Source: an uncultured Pseudomonadales bacterium (GTDB lineage Bacteria > Patescibacteriota > Microgenomatia > UBA1400 > PJMF01). Taken from it: a stretch of DNA of 64,000 nucleotides. The position numbers were made by a program, and so were the translations under genes. Below are positions 1 to 9,388 of the stretch, piece by piece. The stretch lies in NCBI GenBank assembly GCA_964491115.1, contig CAZBEW010000001.1, positions 62,936-126,935 of the forward strand. Direction: 5' to 3'. Position 1 is the first letter of the stretch. Every line of letters starts with the position of its first letter. The notes under the pieces were generated by a model. That model did no database searches, was not told the origin of the DNA, and was given only the letters and a program-made list of their open reading frames with translations.

Positions 1-194
1 GTTGGGCAAAGAGAATTTAACTTGAGTCGGATCTTGACCAGCCAACTTTAAGTTAACACTGGCAGCTCCAGCCGTGTTGTCCTTTAAGGTTTCAACATCT
101 GAAAACAATGCTTTTGATAGGCGCAATGCACCAAACACCATGGCTATTGTCAACAAAAGACCCAAGCCTAGTTTCTTAATTTTTTTATTTTTGC
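1..194 (-). CDS. Partial TasA/camelysin-like secreted protein with a SipW-cognate-class signal peptide. The start codon is in the window at 192-194 and the gene runs off the left edge.
   Basis: Minus-strand translation from ATG 194 gives MSKNKKIKKLGLGLLLTIAMVFGALRLSKALFSDVETLKDNTAGAASVNLKL. The FSD-x-E-T...NTxxAGxxxL pattern closely matches the TasA/camelysin N-terminal signal region. It directly abuts the upstream ORF, indicating an operon. Confidence 0.5.
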
Positions 195-854
195 TCATAG
201 ATTACCTTTCTTTGAGCTAATTAATACTTTTTCTTTTTTCTTTGATTTGGAAAATATTGATCGATAAATAAAAAATATTAATATTAAAAAAAAGATGAAG
301 ATCATCAAGCAAATAATTACAAATGTCTTGGGTTCTGACACCACTGGTGCAACAGTGGCTTGTGCTGGAAGAACTTGTGGATCTCCTTCTTCACTTTGAA
401 GACCTAGAACTTCCTGATTTTGAGGCTGACTAGTTTCTGTTTGTTGGCAATTAAGCTTAAAATTTAATAAAAAGTTTGTTTGAAATTCTTCTGCTACTTC
501 TGCTAAATAAAATTCAAGTCGATAGAGCTTAAAACTATCACCAGCAATAGTTAAAAGATTAATTTTTTCTTGAAAAAATACTTGTAAATTGTCATCAAAT
601 AGCAATTGGTTTTGCTGAAATATTTTGACAAATATTTTTGACCAGGGTTGTTCCCCAACTTCTTGCTTCGGGCTGGCTTCTAAACTCAGCTGACAGCTAT
701 CTTTTAAGTAATTATGAATTAATAAATAATAGTTGTATTGGGCAGGTATTTGCTGAGTTTTAATATTAATTCCAGGCAAAGACTCTTCAGCCAATTGGCA
801 CTGATCAGCAGCATTCAATCCGCAGTTGATAATTATTTGATGACCACTAGGCAT
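195..854 (-). CDS. Hypothetical protein with a C-terminal TM anchor and a Lys-rich tail
   Basis: 219-aa ORF. The C-terminus reads PKTFVIICLMIFIFFLILIFFIYRSIFSKSKKKEK (hydrophobic helix plus basic tail). TAATG overlap with the upstream ORF; no recognisable catalytic motifs. Confidence 0.45.
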   Translation of the reverse strand: MPSGHQIIINCGLNAADQCQLAEESLPGINIKTQQIPAQYNYYLLIHNYLKDSCQLSLEASPKQEVGEQPWSKIFVKIFQQNQLLFDDNLQVFFQEKINLLTIAGDSFKLYRLEFYLAEVAEEFQTNFLLNFKLNCQQTETSQPQNQEVLGLQSEEGDPQVLPAQATVAPVVSEPKTFVIICLMIFIFFLILIFFIYRSIFSKSKKKEKVLISSKKGNL

Positions 855-1849
855 TAAATCACCTCCAAATAAAAATTACTTGAATTGACACAACTTAAAT
901 CTTGAACATTAATGAGAATTTCTTCGCCAAAATTGGGCCAGAAATCTGTAATAGTCATTTGAGGAAAAAGGAAATGGTTTTTTTGTATTAATTGTTCACT
1001 CTTTTCTTGCCCACAAGTTAAAAACCAACGATGATTTTTAAACACTGTTTCAGTAATTGTTGAAAATATAAAAGTAAAACTCCCATCTACCTCCTCGATA
1101 AGACTGGGCTTAGTAATTTTTTGCGAAACAAATTGATAAATTGGCCAATCATTTTCTGCAATCCTGATCTTGCCTTGCTCAACATATGTTTCTGGATTTT
1201 GAACAAGTTGATTGTCTAGTAATAATTGATCACCAACCTGCCAGACAATGACTTGTGAACTAAGATTTCTTATATAAACAGAGCTTGGCTTATCCTGGTC
1301 TCCTAAATTTCCCGCATAAAAACGCAAATGTTTATTAGATAAATCATAGGCTCTTAAATCTAAAATAACTTTTTGCCACTGACCATCGCTTTGTTTTATA
1401 CTTTTGGCAAAAATTAATTCTTGCTTAGCTTCTCCCTCAATACTGATGTAAAAAACTGGCTCATCAAAAGCAGATAAGTCTTCGGCACTGTCAATAAAAT
1501 ATTCAAAGCTGATAGCAGGTGGAAAATCTTTGGCTAAATCTAGTGAATAAAAATCATCTATTTCAATGATTAAGTTAGGATCAAAATCTTCCTTGAGTAC
1601 ATAAGACTGATTTTCCCCTATTAAATAAAAATTGTCTTCTACTTTATTGCTTTGTCCATCAAGTCTGCTCTCCTCTTTTTTTTCGGAAAGTTGCAGCTGC
1701 TGCTTAATTTGATAATCCCCAGCTGACTTAAGTTGAATGATGTTGTTAGGAATTGTGAATTGTAATTCACGCGCATGAATAATATTGGGGAAAAGTAGAT
1801 AAAAAATAATTACTAGTAAGAGAAATATTAAACGACGCATTAAGTGCAT
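854..1849 (-). CDS. Hypothetical secreted protein; first gene of the TasA-like operon
   Basis: 331-aa ORF with an N-terminal signal/TM segment (MHLMRRLIFLLLVIIFYLLFPNIIHA). Translationally coupled (TAATG) to the next ORF. Confidence 0.5.
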   Translation of the reverse strand: MHLMRRLIFLLLVIIFYLLFPNIIHARELQFTIPNNIIQLKSAGDYQIKQQLQLSEKKEESRLDGQSNKVEDNFYLIGENQSYVLKEDFDPNLIIEIDDFYSLDLAKDFPPAISFEYFIDSAEDLSAFDEPVFYISIEGEAKQELIFAKSIKQSDGQWQKVILDLRAYDLSNKHLRFYAGNLGDQDKPSSVYIRNLSSQVIVWQVGDQLLLDNQLVQNPETYVEQGKIRIAENDWPIYQFVSQKITKPSLIEEVDGSFTFIFSTITETVFKNHRWFLTCGQEKSEQLIQKNHFLFPQMTITDFWPNFGEEILINVQDLSCVNSSNFYLEVI

Positions 1850-1881
1850 TATCTAAATAGAAAATGACAAACTTGCTCACA

Positions 1882-1910
1882 TTTACAAAGGCTTAAAAAA
1901 TTTGTATAAT
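1882..1910 (+). promoter_or_regulatory. Sigma70-type promoter for tRNA-Glu
   Basis: -35 box TTTACA (1882-1887), a 17-nt spacer, and -10 box TATAAT (1905-1910). The tRNA 5' end lies about 14 nt downstream. Confidence 0.6.
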
Positions 1911-1923
1911 CCAGAGGTAACTA

Positions 1924-1995
1924 GGCCCTATCGTCTAGCGGTTAGGACATCGGGTTCTCATCCCGGCAACTGGGGTTCGATTCCCCATAGGGTCA
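1924..1995 (+). tRNA. tRNA-Glu (anticodon CUC)
   Basis: Hand-folded cloverleaf. Acceptor GGCCCTA/TAGGGTC with one G-U pair; D-stem GTCT/GGAC; anticodon stem TCGGG/CCCGG; loop TTCTCAT with U33, CUC and A37; T-arm TGGGG-TTCGATT-CCCCA; discriminator A. CCA is not encoded. Confidence 0.8.
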
Positions 1996-2416
1996 CACTT
2001 TGTCCATTTGAGGCTTTAAAAACCTTAATTTGCTTGAATAAAACTGTCTTCTCACACGCTCTATATCGGTTTTTTTTGACATACTTTATCCCCTTGCCCC
2101 CTACTTGACTAGGGGTGTCCATGCACGCATCCACTGTTAGACTTACCACACTAGTGTTTATTTACAACAAAGCAAGCGTTGAGGGGGGAGCGTATCTTGA
2201 ATTGACAGGAAACCTTTGTGCATAGTGTTATTGTAGATAAAAAAATTTGAATAATTTATTTTACAATAACAAAAAGACTTAGATGTATATATTGTGTTAT
2301 AATAATATCGTTAATTAGGTTACTAAGGAAGAAAGCCTTCCTCAAAAGCGACTTAGTTATAAATTGCTTGCTTGACGGGATCGATCCAGAAGTTCTAAGA
2401 ACAAGGAGAAGATCAA

Positions 2417-2596
2417 ATGTCACGAGAAAGTGCTGAAAAACAGTGGAATAGGTTGGTGAGTGAGTTCAATCTCACCCGTGAAGAACAAACGCAAGTCCAT
2501 CGTCATCTGGCTAACAACTACAGCCTTGAAAAAGACTACATGTCCTATGAAGAGCTGAAGTCCGCTGCCAGCGAAGTAGTATTACGCATCCGTTAG
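2417..2596 (+). CDS. Small hypothetical protein of 59 aa (below the 60-aa ORF-track cutoff)
   Basis: ATG 2417 is preceded by a strong SD AAGGAGAA at a 6-nt spacing. The product is MSRESAEKQWNRLVSEFNLTREEQTQVHRHLANNYSLEKDYMSYEELKSAASEVVLRIR. GC is clearly above the local background. A hairpin with a T-run follows the stop. Confidence 0.4.
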   Translation: MSRESAEKQWNRLVSEFNLTREEQTQVHRHLANNYSLEKDYMSYEELKSAASEVVLRIR

Positions 2597-2626
2597 GGAG
2601 AAATTCCTGTCGGCAAGCAAAAAAGT

Positions 2627-2656
2627 AGAGGACTAAGAAATTAGTCCTCTTTTTCT
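2627..2656 (+). terminator. Rho-independent terminator hairpin, possibly bidirectional
   Basis: Stem AGAGGACTA (2627-2635), loop, stem TAGTCCTCT (2642-2650), then TTTTTCT. It follows the 59-aa ORF and overlaps the 3' end of the minus-strand ORF 2641-3063. Confidence 0.5.
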
Positions 2657-3063
2657 AAAATAAAACTTCCACCAGACGTGGTCAAAAAAGCTTCTTCAAT
2701 TTTGTTTAATGACCATCCATTATTTTCCATACTATTCAAAATAATTTTTAGTTCACAATTATCAAAAGTAAATAGTAGTTTATCGTCTACAACAGATACA
2801 TCTTGCAAAGACATACTCATCAATTTTTGAAGAAAATTATCAATCTCACTAAAACTGCTCCCAGCATCTAAGGATAAAGCACTACTTTTTAGCCACCAGT
2901 TATTTGAAACAGCTAGAGTGTAATCACCTGCTCCTTTATCATCAATTTTACCAAATTCAAAGAAGATAGAAGATCCATAACCTCTCCAAGCCCTACTTAT
3001 AGGTAGTTTTTTGAGAATACTAAAATGTTCAATAGCCTGATTTATTGAAATTTGTTTTTGCAT
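2641..3063 (-). CDS. Hypothetical 140-aa cytoplasmic protein; immunity-protein-sized, family not recognised
   Basis: Clean ORF with no TM or signal segment. It lies in the tRNA-adjacent islet next to an ABC exporter. Confidence 0.45.
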   Translation of the reverse strand: MQKQISINQAIEHFSILKKLPISRAWRGYGSSIFFEFGKIDDKGAGDYTLAVSNNWWLKSSALSLDAGSSFSEIDNFLQKLMSMSLQDVSVVDDKLLFTFDNCELKIILNSMENNGWSLNKIEEAFLTTSGGSFILEKED

Positions 3064-3303
3064 AATTATATTCTATCATTTCTTAATAATTTTTCACTTT
3101 GTTTGTTCATAACTTTCTCTTAAATTTTTAATTAAGTAAAAATTGATCAACTTTTTTATGATGTCTTTGGCCAATATTAGGTTTGGAGGAATTACTGAGC
3201 AATTTAATTCATCTGTAAATAATTGAGAAATTAATCATCCACTACTTCTTCCTCTACCAACTTTTCAGTTCACAAAATGTTTTAAGCATTGTATAAGTAA
3301 TTA

Positions 3304-3573
3304 ATGCGCCGCAAACCATTGCTTCTTGCAATTATTTCATCAGTTGGAATAGCTTTTCTGCTACCGCTATTAATAGTCAACCTACTGCATTTGATGAAAG
3401 TGCTTCCTCCGCAATCAACATCTGGAACAGCAATTCCTTTGCCCAATAATATTTTCTCGTTCATATTTGTTATGTACTTTCTCTTTCCCAGACCTTTTTT
3501 AATTCTAATTGTGATTTCAGCGTTGTTATATCAAAAATTAAAAGTGTATTTTAAAAAAGTTTTGGGTTCGTAA
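3304..3573 (+). CDS. Possible small hydrophobic protein of 89 aa
   Basis: Two hydrophobic stretches in a 600-nt AT-rich gap. No SD. It overlaps a 60-aa antisense ORF. Weak call. Confidence 0.2.
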   Translation: MRRKPLLLAIISSVGIAFLLPLLIVNLLHLMKVLPPQSTSGTAIPLPNNIFSFIFVMYFLFPRPFLILIVISALLYQKLKVYFKKVLGS

Positions 3574-3672
3574 AATTGATAAAGAAAATTAAAAAGTCAC
3601 TTTTTATTATTAAATTTCTCAACAAATTCTTTTAATTGGAAACAAAACTAGTAAATTTTTCTCAGTAAAATT

Positions 3673-4881
3673 CTATTCGTATCTCAAGGCTTCAATTGGC
3701 GAAAGATTGGCCGCTCTTTTAGCCGGCGCTACGCCAAAAATTAAGCCAACGGCTGTTGATACTCCAAGAGCTAAAAGGACCGCTGTTAAGGTAATTTTAG
3801 CTGGAAAAATTGATTGGATGGCCCAAGTGCCAAGCACGGCTAAAGCCAAACCCATCAAACCCCCAAAAATAGAAAGTATTGATGCTTCAATTAAAAATTG
3901 TACTAAAATTTGATTAGGCGTCGCTCCTAAAGCCTTGCGCAAACCAATTTCTCTAGTGCGTTCTGAAACTGACACCAACATAATATTCATGATGCCAATC
4001 CCACCCACTAATAAGGAAATGGCGGCAATACCACCCAATGCCACAGTTAACATGGACAAGATATTATTAATCGTGTCTAATAATTGAGATTGATCAAAAA
4101 CGCTAAAGTCGTCTTCGTCTAAATTTTTTTCTAATTCTTTTTCAATTGCTTCAATTGCTGGTGGAATCAAACTTGGATCTTTAATTTTTACTGAAAACTC
4201 AGTTAAGTCTTGACTTTCATAAATTCGACTAACTAATGAGTAAGGAGCATACACACGGTTGTCAAAACCAGCTCCAGAAAAACCTTGACCTTGTTCGGCT
4301 GCCACTCCTACCACAGTAAACATTTGATTACCAATGCGTAATTTTCGAGAAACTGGATCAACACGATCAAATAATTCTTCAGCCACTCCATGACCCAAAA
4401 CCACAACTCTATCTCCAGATCTTTCTTCACTTTCATTAAAATAACGCCCACTAGCCATATTGACGGTAATCACTTCTGGATAATTCGCTAAAGTACCTAA
4501 AATAGTGACTCTCATCGTATTATTTAAAAATTTAGCCTCATCAATTCCCGAAGAATTATAAGCAACATCGTCTACATATTCTCTAAGTCTTTTGACTCGC
4601 TCAATATCCCGTAGTGTAAATTTTTTTTCTGAGAGAAAGCGATCCATGCTTCCTTGACCCACGCCACCTTCACTGTCAATCATTTGGCCTATTGATACAA
4701 AAACTGTGTTGGCACCTAAACTCTCAAATTGTTCGGAAACATAAGCTTGCAAACCATTGCCCAAACCGGTCAACATCACTACTGAAAAAACTCCAATAAT
4801 AATGCCTAGGGTTGTTAAAAAAGTTCGGCCCTTATTCACTAACAGAGCCTTAGTGGCAACTTTAAAAGTATTTAATAGCAT
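3673..4881 (-). CDS. ABC transporter permease, MacB/FtsX-like
   Basis: 402 aa with an N-terminal TM, a large periplasmic loop and a C-terminal FtsX-like triple-TM region. It overlaps the upstream ATPase gene by 10 nt. Confidence 0.85.
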   Translation of the reverse strand: MLLNTFKVATKALLVNKGRTFLTTLGIIIGVFSVVMLTGLGNGLQAYVSEQFESLGANTVFVSIGQMIDSEGGVGQGSMDRFLSEKKFTLRDIERVKRLREYVDDVAYNSSGIDEAKFLNNTMRVTILGTLANYPEVITVNMASGRYFNESEERSGDRVVVLGHGVAEELFDRVDPVSRKLRIGNQMFTVVGVAAEQGQGFSGAGFDNRVYAPYSLVSRIYESQDLTEFSVKIKDPSLIPPAIEAIEKELEKNLDEDDFSVFDQSQLLDTINNILSMLTVALGGIAAISLLVGGIGIMNIMLVSVSERTREIGLRKALGATPNQILVQFLIEASILSIFGGLMGLALAVLGTWAIQSIFPAKITLTAVLLALGVSTAVGLIFGVAPAKRAANLSPIEALRYE

Positions 4882-5594
4882 TTTTTACCATCAGTTCGAC
4901 GATCTTTAACTATCTGACCGTCTTTAATAATAATTTCACGACTGGCAATTTTTGCTACACTTTGATCATGAGTAACCAAAATAATAGTTTTGCCTTCCTT
5001 ATTAAGTTGAATTAAGATTTTTTTTATTTCATCTCCAGCTTTTGAATCAAGATTACCGGTTGGTTCATCAGCAAAAATAATGCTCGGATTATTGACTAAA
5101 GCTCGAGCAATTGCCACTCGTTGTTGTTGTCCACCAGATAATTCTCCTGGCTTATTTGACAATCTATTACCTAAACCTAGTTTCTTAAGCATAATTGTCG
5201 CTCTTTCTTTTCTTTCTTCATCAGAAACTTTAGCATAAACCAGAGGTAATTCAACTTGTTCAAGAGCTGGAGTTTTGGCTAGTAAATTAAATTGCTGAAA
5301 AATAAAACCAATTTCTTTATTGCGCAAATGGGCTCGATCTACTTCATCATATTCGGTCACATTTTTTCCTCTTAGAAAAATTTCTCCATGTGTGGCTTGA
5401 GATAGCATGCTAGCTACTTGCAATAAAGTTGATTTGCCAGAGCCAGACGCCCCCATAATCACCACAAAATCTCCCTCACAAATGCTTAAGGATAATTTGT
5501 TTAAAGCTGGGATTTGTTGCTCACCTAAAGTATAAATTTTAGAAACTTCTTTCAACTCTAAGATGGCTGTGAGACTCTTTTTAGTTTTAGCCAT
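4872..5594 (-). CDS. ABC transporter ATP-binding protein (MacB/LolD-type)
   Basis: Walker [13 protein letters not shown] signature [15 protein letters not shown], Walker [13 protein letters not shown], and an H-loop. Confidence 0.9.
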   Translation of the reverse strand: MAKTKKSLTAILELKEVSKIYTLGEQQIPALNKLSLSICEGDFVVIMGASGSGKSTLLQVASMLSQATHGEIFLRGKNVTEYDEVDRAHLRNKEIGFIFQQFNLLAKTPALEQVELPLVYAKVSDEERKERATIMLKKLGLGNRLSNKPGELSGGQQQRVAIARALVNNPSIIFADEPTGNLDSKAGDEIKKILIQLNKEGKTIILVTHDQSVAKIASREIIIKDGQIVKDRRTDGKKCY

Positions 5595-5602
5595 AAGCAG
5601 GT

Positions 5603-6658
5603 CTAACTTTCAATAAGAATAATTTCGCCTTCTTCTAAACCCTCAATCACCTCGGCCATTTCATCATTTTCCAAACCTAGTTTAATTACTCTGTCTTCAG
5701 GAGTGACTTGATTTGGATTTTTAACCTTAACCATTGTTTGACCTTCTTGACTAAAGATGGCTTCTAAGGGAACTACTAAGACGTCACTTTTGCGGGCTAG
5801 CTCAATTTCGACATCTACATTCATGCCAATTCGATACTTATTCAAATCTTCAACTCCAGCCAGAGGTAACTCTAGTTGAAAAACTGTGCCAGTACTACCC
5901 GTCATGCTTTTAAAAGCAATGTAGTCTATTTGACTCATAATTTCTTCTTCTGCATAAGCATTAAAAATAATTTTAGCTGTTTGGCCTAGGGAAATTAATG
6001 GTAGATCAATTTCATCAATTTCGGCTTTAATTATTAAAGTTTTGGGATTAACTAATTCAAAAACGTCGCTGGGAGATAAAACCACTCCAGTCACAGGCGT
6101 CGGTGAGGATAGTAAAATGCCAGCAAAAGGGGCACTCATCACTCGACCATCAACAGCAACGCTTGTTAATTCTACATCTAGAACGCTATTATCCATGAGA
6201 TTTTGCTCTTTTTTTCGCGCTCGTTTTTCATCGTCATCTAAAACTTCGCCTTCGTCTTCCTTTAATTGAGCGTCCCAGTCTAATCGAGTATTTTCGTAGT
6301 AATTGAGGTTTTTCTCAAGATTTTTTTGTAAATCTCGAGTATCAATGGTGGCAATAGTTTGCCATTTATTTACCCAATCGCCTGTTTTTGCTCCCAAATA
6401 AACCAGCTTGCCACCACCCGCAAAATTTAAATTAACTCTTTCTTTAGCATCAAGATTTCCTGATAAAAGCATGGTTTGGCTGATATCTTGTCGAGTAAGC
6501 TGATGCTCGCTGAATTCAACTTCTTGCTTTTTAGCCCGATTCCAAAAAAATAATGCCACAATTATTAAAATTATTAATAGACCAAAGAATAATTTGCGTT
6601 TTTTACTTTTATCAGTGAAAAAGGTTTTAAACTTGTTTTTATTTTTGATATTTTTCAT
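5603..6658 (-). CDS. HlyD/MacA-family periplasmic adaptor (membrane fusion protein)
   Basis: N-terminal TM anchor, then a lipoyl/beta-barrel-like pattern (LSGNLDAKERVNLNFAGGGKL...). First gene of a three-gene exporter operon. Confidence 0.8.
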   Translation of the reverse strand: MKNIKNKNKFKTFFTDKSKKRKLFFGLLIILIIVALFFWNRAKKQEVEFSEHQLTRQDISQTMLLSGNLDAKERVNLNFAGGGKLVYLGAKTGDWVNKWQTIATIDTRDLQKNLEKNLNYYENTRLDWDAQLKEDEGEVLDDDEKRARKKEQNLMDNSVLDVELTSVAVDGRVMSAPFAGILLSSPTPVTGVVLSPSDVFELVNPKTLIIKAEIDEIDLPLISLGQTAKIIFNAYAEEEIMSQIDYIAFKSMTGSTGTVFQLELPLAGVEDLNKYRIGMNVDVEIELARKSDVLVVPLEAIFSQEGQTMVKVKNPNQVTPEDRVIKLGLENDEMAEVIEGLEEGEIILIES

Positions 6659-6799
6659 TTTGTTAGCTTCTGTCCAATGCTATTTTATTTAAATTTATTA
6701 TAAAGCTTGTTTATAAAGGTTGCCTAGTCTAACAATAAAAAGCAAATTTTTCAATGATTGACTATTAAAACAGTAAAAATTTTGTTAGAATGATTTATT

Positions 6800-7327
6800 A
6801 TGATGAAAAAACTTAATTCTGTGCTTTACAACAAACGAATTAAAGAAATCGCTAAAAAAGGAGAAACTCTTCTTAAAGACTTACCTCATCTTCCTCAAGA
6901 CTGGGTAAAAAATATTGTTAAAGTATTGCCCATTTTAGTTCTAATTTTTGGCGTAGCATCTGTATTTTCTGGAGTTGAAAATTTATTATCCTATAGTCGT
7001 CGTAGTTTTCTCACAGAATGGATGGGAATTGGTCGATCTTATTATTATGTCAACGCTGCTTTTGCTGTTTTAATTGGTGCTCTTTACTTGATGTCCCATA
7101 AACTTATTAAAAATAAAGAATATGAGGGTTGGCTTTTACTATTTTGGACCGCTATTTTATCTGTAGCGCACAGCCTTGTTTTATTAATTTTGGGTTGGGG
7201 AGGCATATGGGGTTCCTTAATTTCTGCTACAATTACTTTCTATTTACTTTATGAAATTCGAGCTGAATTTATTTCTGCAAAAAGCCCTAAAGTTTCTGAA
7301 CCTAAATCTAAAAAAACTAAAAAATAA
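6800..7327 (+). CDS. Hypothetical polytopic membrane protein
   Basis: 175 aa with about 4 predicted TM helices. Divergent from the exporter operon. Confidence 0.5.
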   Translation: MMKKLNSVLYNKRIKEIAKKGETLLKDLPHLPQDWVKNIVKVLPILVLIFGVASVFSGVENLLSYSRRSFLTEWMGIGRSYYYVNAAFAVLIGALYLMSHKLIKNKEYEGWLLLFWTAILSVAHSLVLLILGWGGIWGSLISATITFYLLYEIRAEFISAKSPKVSEPKSKKTKK

Positions 7328-7333
7328 GCACAC

Positions 7334-8404
7334 ATGACTTACGAAGATATTGTTAAGCTTTTAGATGGAGAGGCCAAGTATCTATTGGCTCACCGCTGCA
7401 ATAATTTAGCGAAAGACTTGATTTATCAAGTTAATCCCAACCAAGTTCAAGAAGTTTTTGCGCAATCAAACCGTAATCAAAAGGTGTTAGATAATTTGCA
7501 AAAATTATATGCTCATGGTCGTTTGGCCAACACCGGCTATCTATCAATTTTGCCAGTCGATCAAGATATAGAACACAGCGCTAACTTTTCTTTTTATAAA
7601 AATCCACTATATTTTGATCCTGAAAATATAGTTAGATTAGCCCTTGAAGCAGGTAGCAGTGGGCTCGCTTCTAGCCTTGGTGCTTTAGCATTACTAAGTA
7701 AAAAATACGCAGATAAAATTCCCTTAATTGTTAAAATCAATCACAACGAACTCTTAACATATCCAAATAAATGGGATCAAGTTATTTTTACCAAAGTTAA
7801 ACAGGTTTATGAATTAGGAGCAGTGGCTGTCGGAGCCACCATTTATTTTGGCTCAGCTGAAAGCAATCGACAAATTGTTGAAATAGCTCAAGCCTTTGAT
7901 GAAGCTCATCGCCTAGGTATGGCTACTATTCTCTGGTGTTATCCACGTAACAGCGCCTGGGAAAGCAAGGATAATGATTATAATTCGAGTGCTGATATTA
8001 CCGCTCAAGCCAATCGCTTGGGAGTTACCATTGGGGCTGATATTATTAAACAAAAAATGCCCACAACTGATGGCGCTTTTCGTCATTTTAAATTTGCTAA
8101 ATATAATGACGAGATGTACGAGTCTCTCAGTACGGAAAATCCAATAGATATGCTTCGTTTACAAGTAATCAATTGTTATGCTGGCAGAATTCCTTTACTT
8201 AATTCTGGCGGTGAAAGTGATAGCGATGGTGATTTTAATAAGGATTTAAAAGATGCGGTTCGAAGCGCTGTCATTAATAAGCGAGCAGGCGGATCAGGAT
8301 TGATACTAGGCAGAAAAGCTTTTAAACGACCAATGGCTGAGGGAGTGCGTTTACTGCAAGCCGTTCAGGACGTTTATTTAAACGAGCAAATTACTATCGC
8401 TTAA
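7334..8404 (+). CDS. fbaB: Class I fructose-bisphosphate aldolase, FbaB/DhnA type
   Basis: Closely collinear with E. coli FbaB. Shared blocks include LLxHRC, GRLAxTGYLSILPVDQ, NPLYFDP, GAVAVGATIYFGS, ADIxxQANxL, TIGADIIKQKMP, VINKRAGGxGLILGRKAFK and VQDVYL. Confidence 0.9.
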   Translation: MTYEDIVKLLDGEAKYLLAHRCNNLAKDLIYQVNPNQVQEVFAQSNRNQKVLDNLQKLYAHGRLANTGYLSILPVDQDIEHSANFSFYKNPLYFDPENIVRLALEAGSSGLASSLGALALLSKKYADKIPLIVKINHNELLTYPNKWDQVIFTKVKQVYELGAVAVGATIYFGSAESNRQIVEIAQAFDEAHRLGMATILWCYPRNSAWESKDNDYNSSADITAQANRLGVTIGADIIKQKMPTTDGAFRHFKFAKYNDEMYESLSTENPIDMLRLQVINCYAGRIPLLNSGGESDSDGDFNKDLKDAVRSAVINKRAGGSGLILGRKAFKRPMAEGVRLLQAVQDVYLNEQITIA

Positions 8405-8433
8405 TTGCTTACCTCAGCGCTCGCCCATTTTAG

Positions 8434-9042
8434 TTAATTTTTTTCCAGAAACTCAAATAAAGCTTGCCAAGCTTTGGCCCGATGAGAAATCTTATTTTTG
8501 ACTACCATGCCCAATTGGGCAAAACTTAAATTATAAGCATCAGGAATAAAAATCGGATCATAGCCAAAACCTCCCTTTCCCTGAATTTTTGGCGCAATCT
8601 GACCAGTCACTTCTCCCGAGAAAAACAAGGGTTTATGCTTTTTGTAAGCATAGAGACACAGTATGGTTTGAAATTTTGCACGACGATTGGCTTGCTTCTC
8701 TAATTTTTTGAGCAAAGCGAGATTGCGCTCAAAATCACTGCCCTCAATCCAACGATTTGAATTCACTCCTGGAAAATTAGGATAAGTATCCAACAATAAG
8801 CCACTGTCGTCAGCGATACAAGGCAAATGACTAAAGCGATTAAAAGCTTGAGCTTTAATTAAGGCATTAGCTTGAAAAGATTTAGCGGATTCTTGAATAT
8901 CCAAATCTTTAGGAACTATTATTCCTAAATGCTCAAGGATTTCTTGATCCTTAACGCTTAACAACTGGTGTTTGCTGCTAAGAAAAATGTCTTTGGCTTC
9001 TGCAATTTTGCCCTGATTTGAACTGGCAAACAATATCTGCAT
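8434..9042 (-). CDS. rdgB: Non-canonical purine NTP pyrophosphatase (RdgB/HAM1 family)
   Basis: Blocks N-term FASSNQGK, GYDPIF and C-term SHRAKA are typical of the HAM1 family. Confidence 0.85.
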   Translation of the reverse strand: MQILFASSNQGKIAEAKDIFLSSKHQLLSVKDQEILEHLGIIVPKDLDIQESAKSFQANALIKAQAFNRFSHLPCIADDSGLLLDTYPNFPGVNSNRWIEGSDFERNLALLKKLEKQANRRAKFQTILCLYAYKKHKPLFFSGEVTGQIAPKIQGKGGFGYDPIFIPDAYNLSFAQLGMVVKNKISHRAKAWQALFEFLEKN

Positions 9043-9048
9043 GAAAAT

Positions 9049-9336
9049 TTATCTGCCGAGCATCCCACCTAAACCACCAGTCATGCTTTGTAATTTTTTA
9101 GCTGCCACTTCTTGAGATTTTTTAATGGCTTTATTTAGAGCATTAACTAAATCAGCGCTGTGAATTCCTTGAACCGAAACATCTTTAATATTTTGATCGC
9201 CTGCAATTGTCACCACAATGTCCCCTTCTTCAACAACAATTTCTTCTGCTGCTAAATCTTGTTGCATTTGTTTGGCTTGCTTGCGCAATTTGTTAAGGTC
9301 TCCCAACTGGCCTAATAAACCTGCTTTGTCTGACAT
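9049..9336 (-). CDS. ybaB: YbaB/EbfC nucleoid-associated protein
   Basis: 95 aa with an LxKQAxQMQQ pattern, immediately downstream of dnaX. This is the conserved dnaX-ybaB arrangement. Confidence 0.8.
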   Translation of the reverse strand: MSDKAGLLGQLGDLNKLRKQAKQMQQDLAAEEIVVEEGDIVVTIAGDQNIKDVSVQGIHSADLVNALNKAIKKSQEVAAKKLQSMTGGLGGMLGR

Positions 9337-9388
9337 AAACTCCTTTTTTACTAATTTTTACTAATAATAATAAATAATATTAACTGAA

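Noticed and set aside
1902-2149. ORF-track entries 1902-2108 (+) and 1958-2149 (-)
   Set aside because: They overlap the tRNA-Glu gene and GC-rich non-coding DNA. They have no SD and no sensible protein features, so they are artefacts of GC-rich sequence.
3282-3464. 60-aa minus-strand ORF in the AT-rich gap
   Set aside because: It overlaps the equally weak plus-strand 89-aa ORF and has no RBS or features. It is retained only as a comment, not as a gene.
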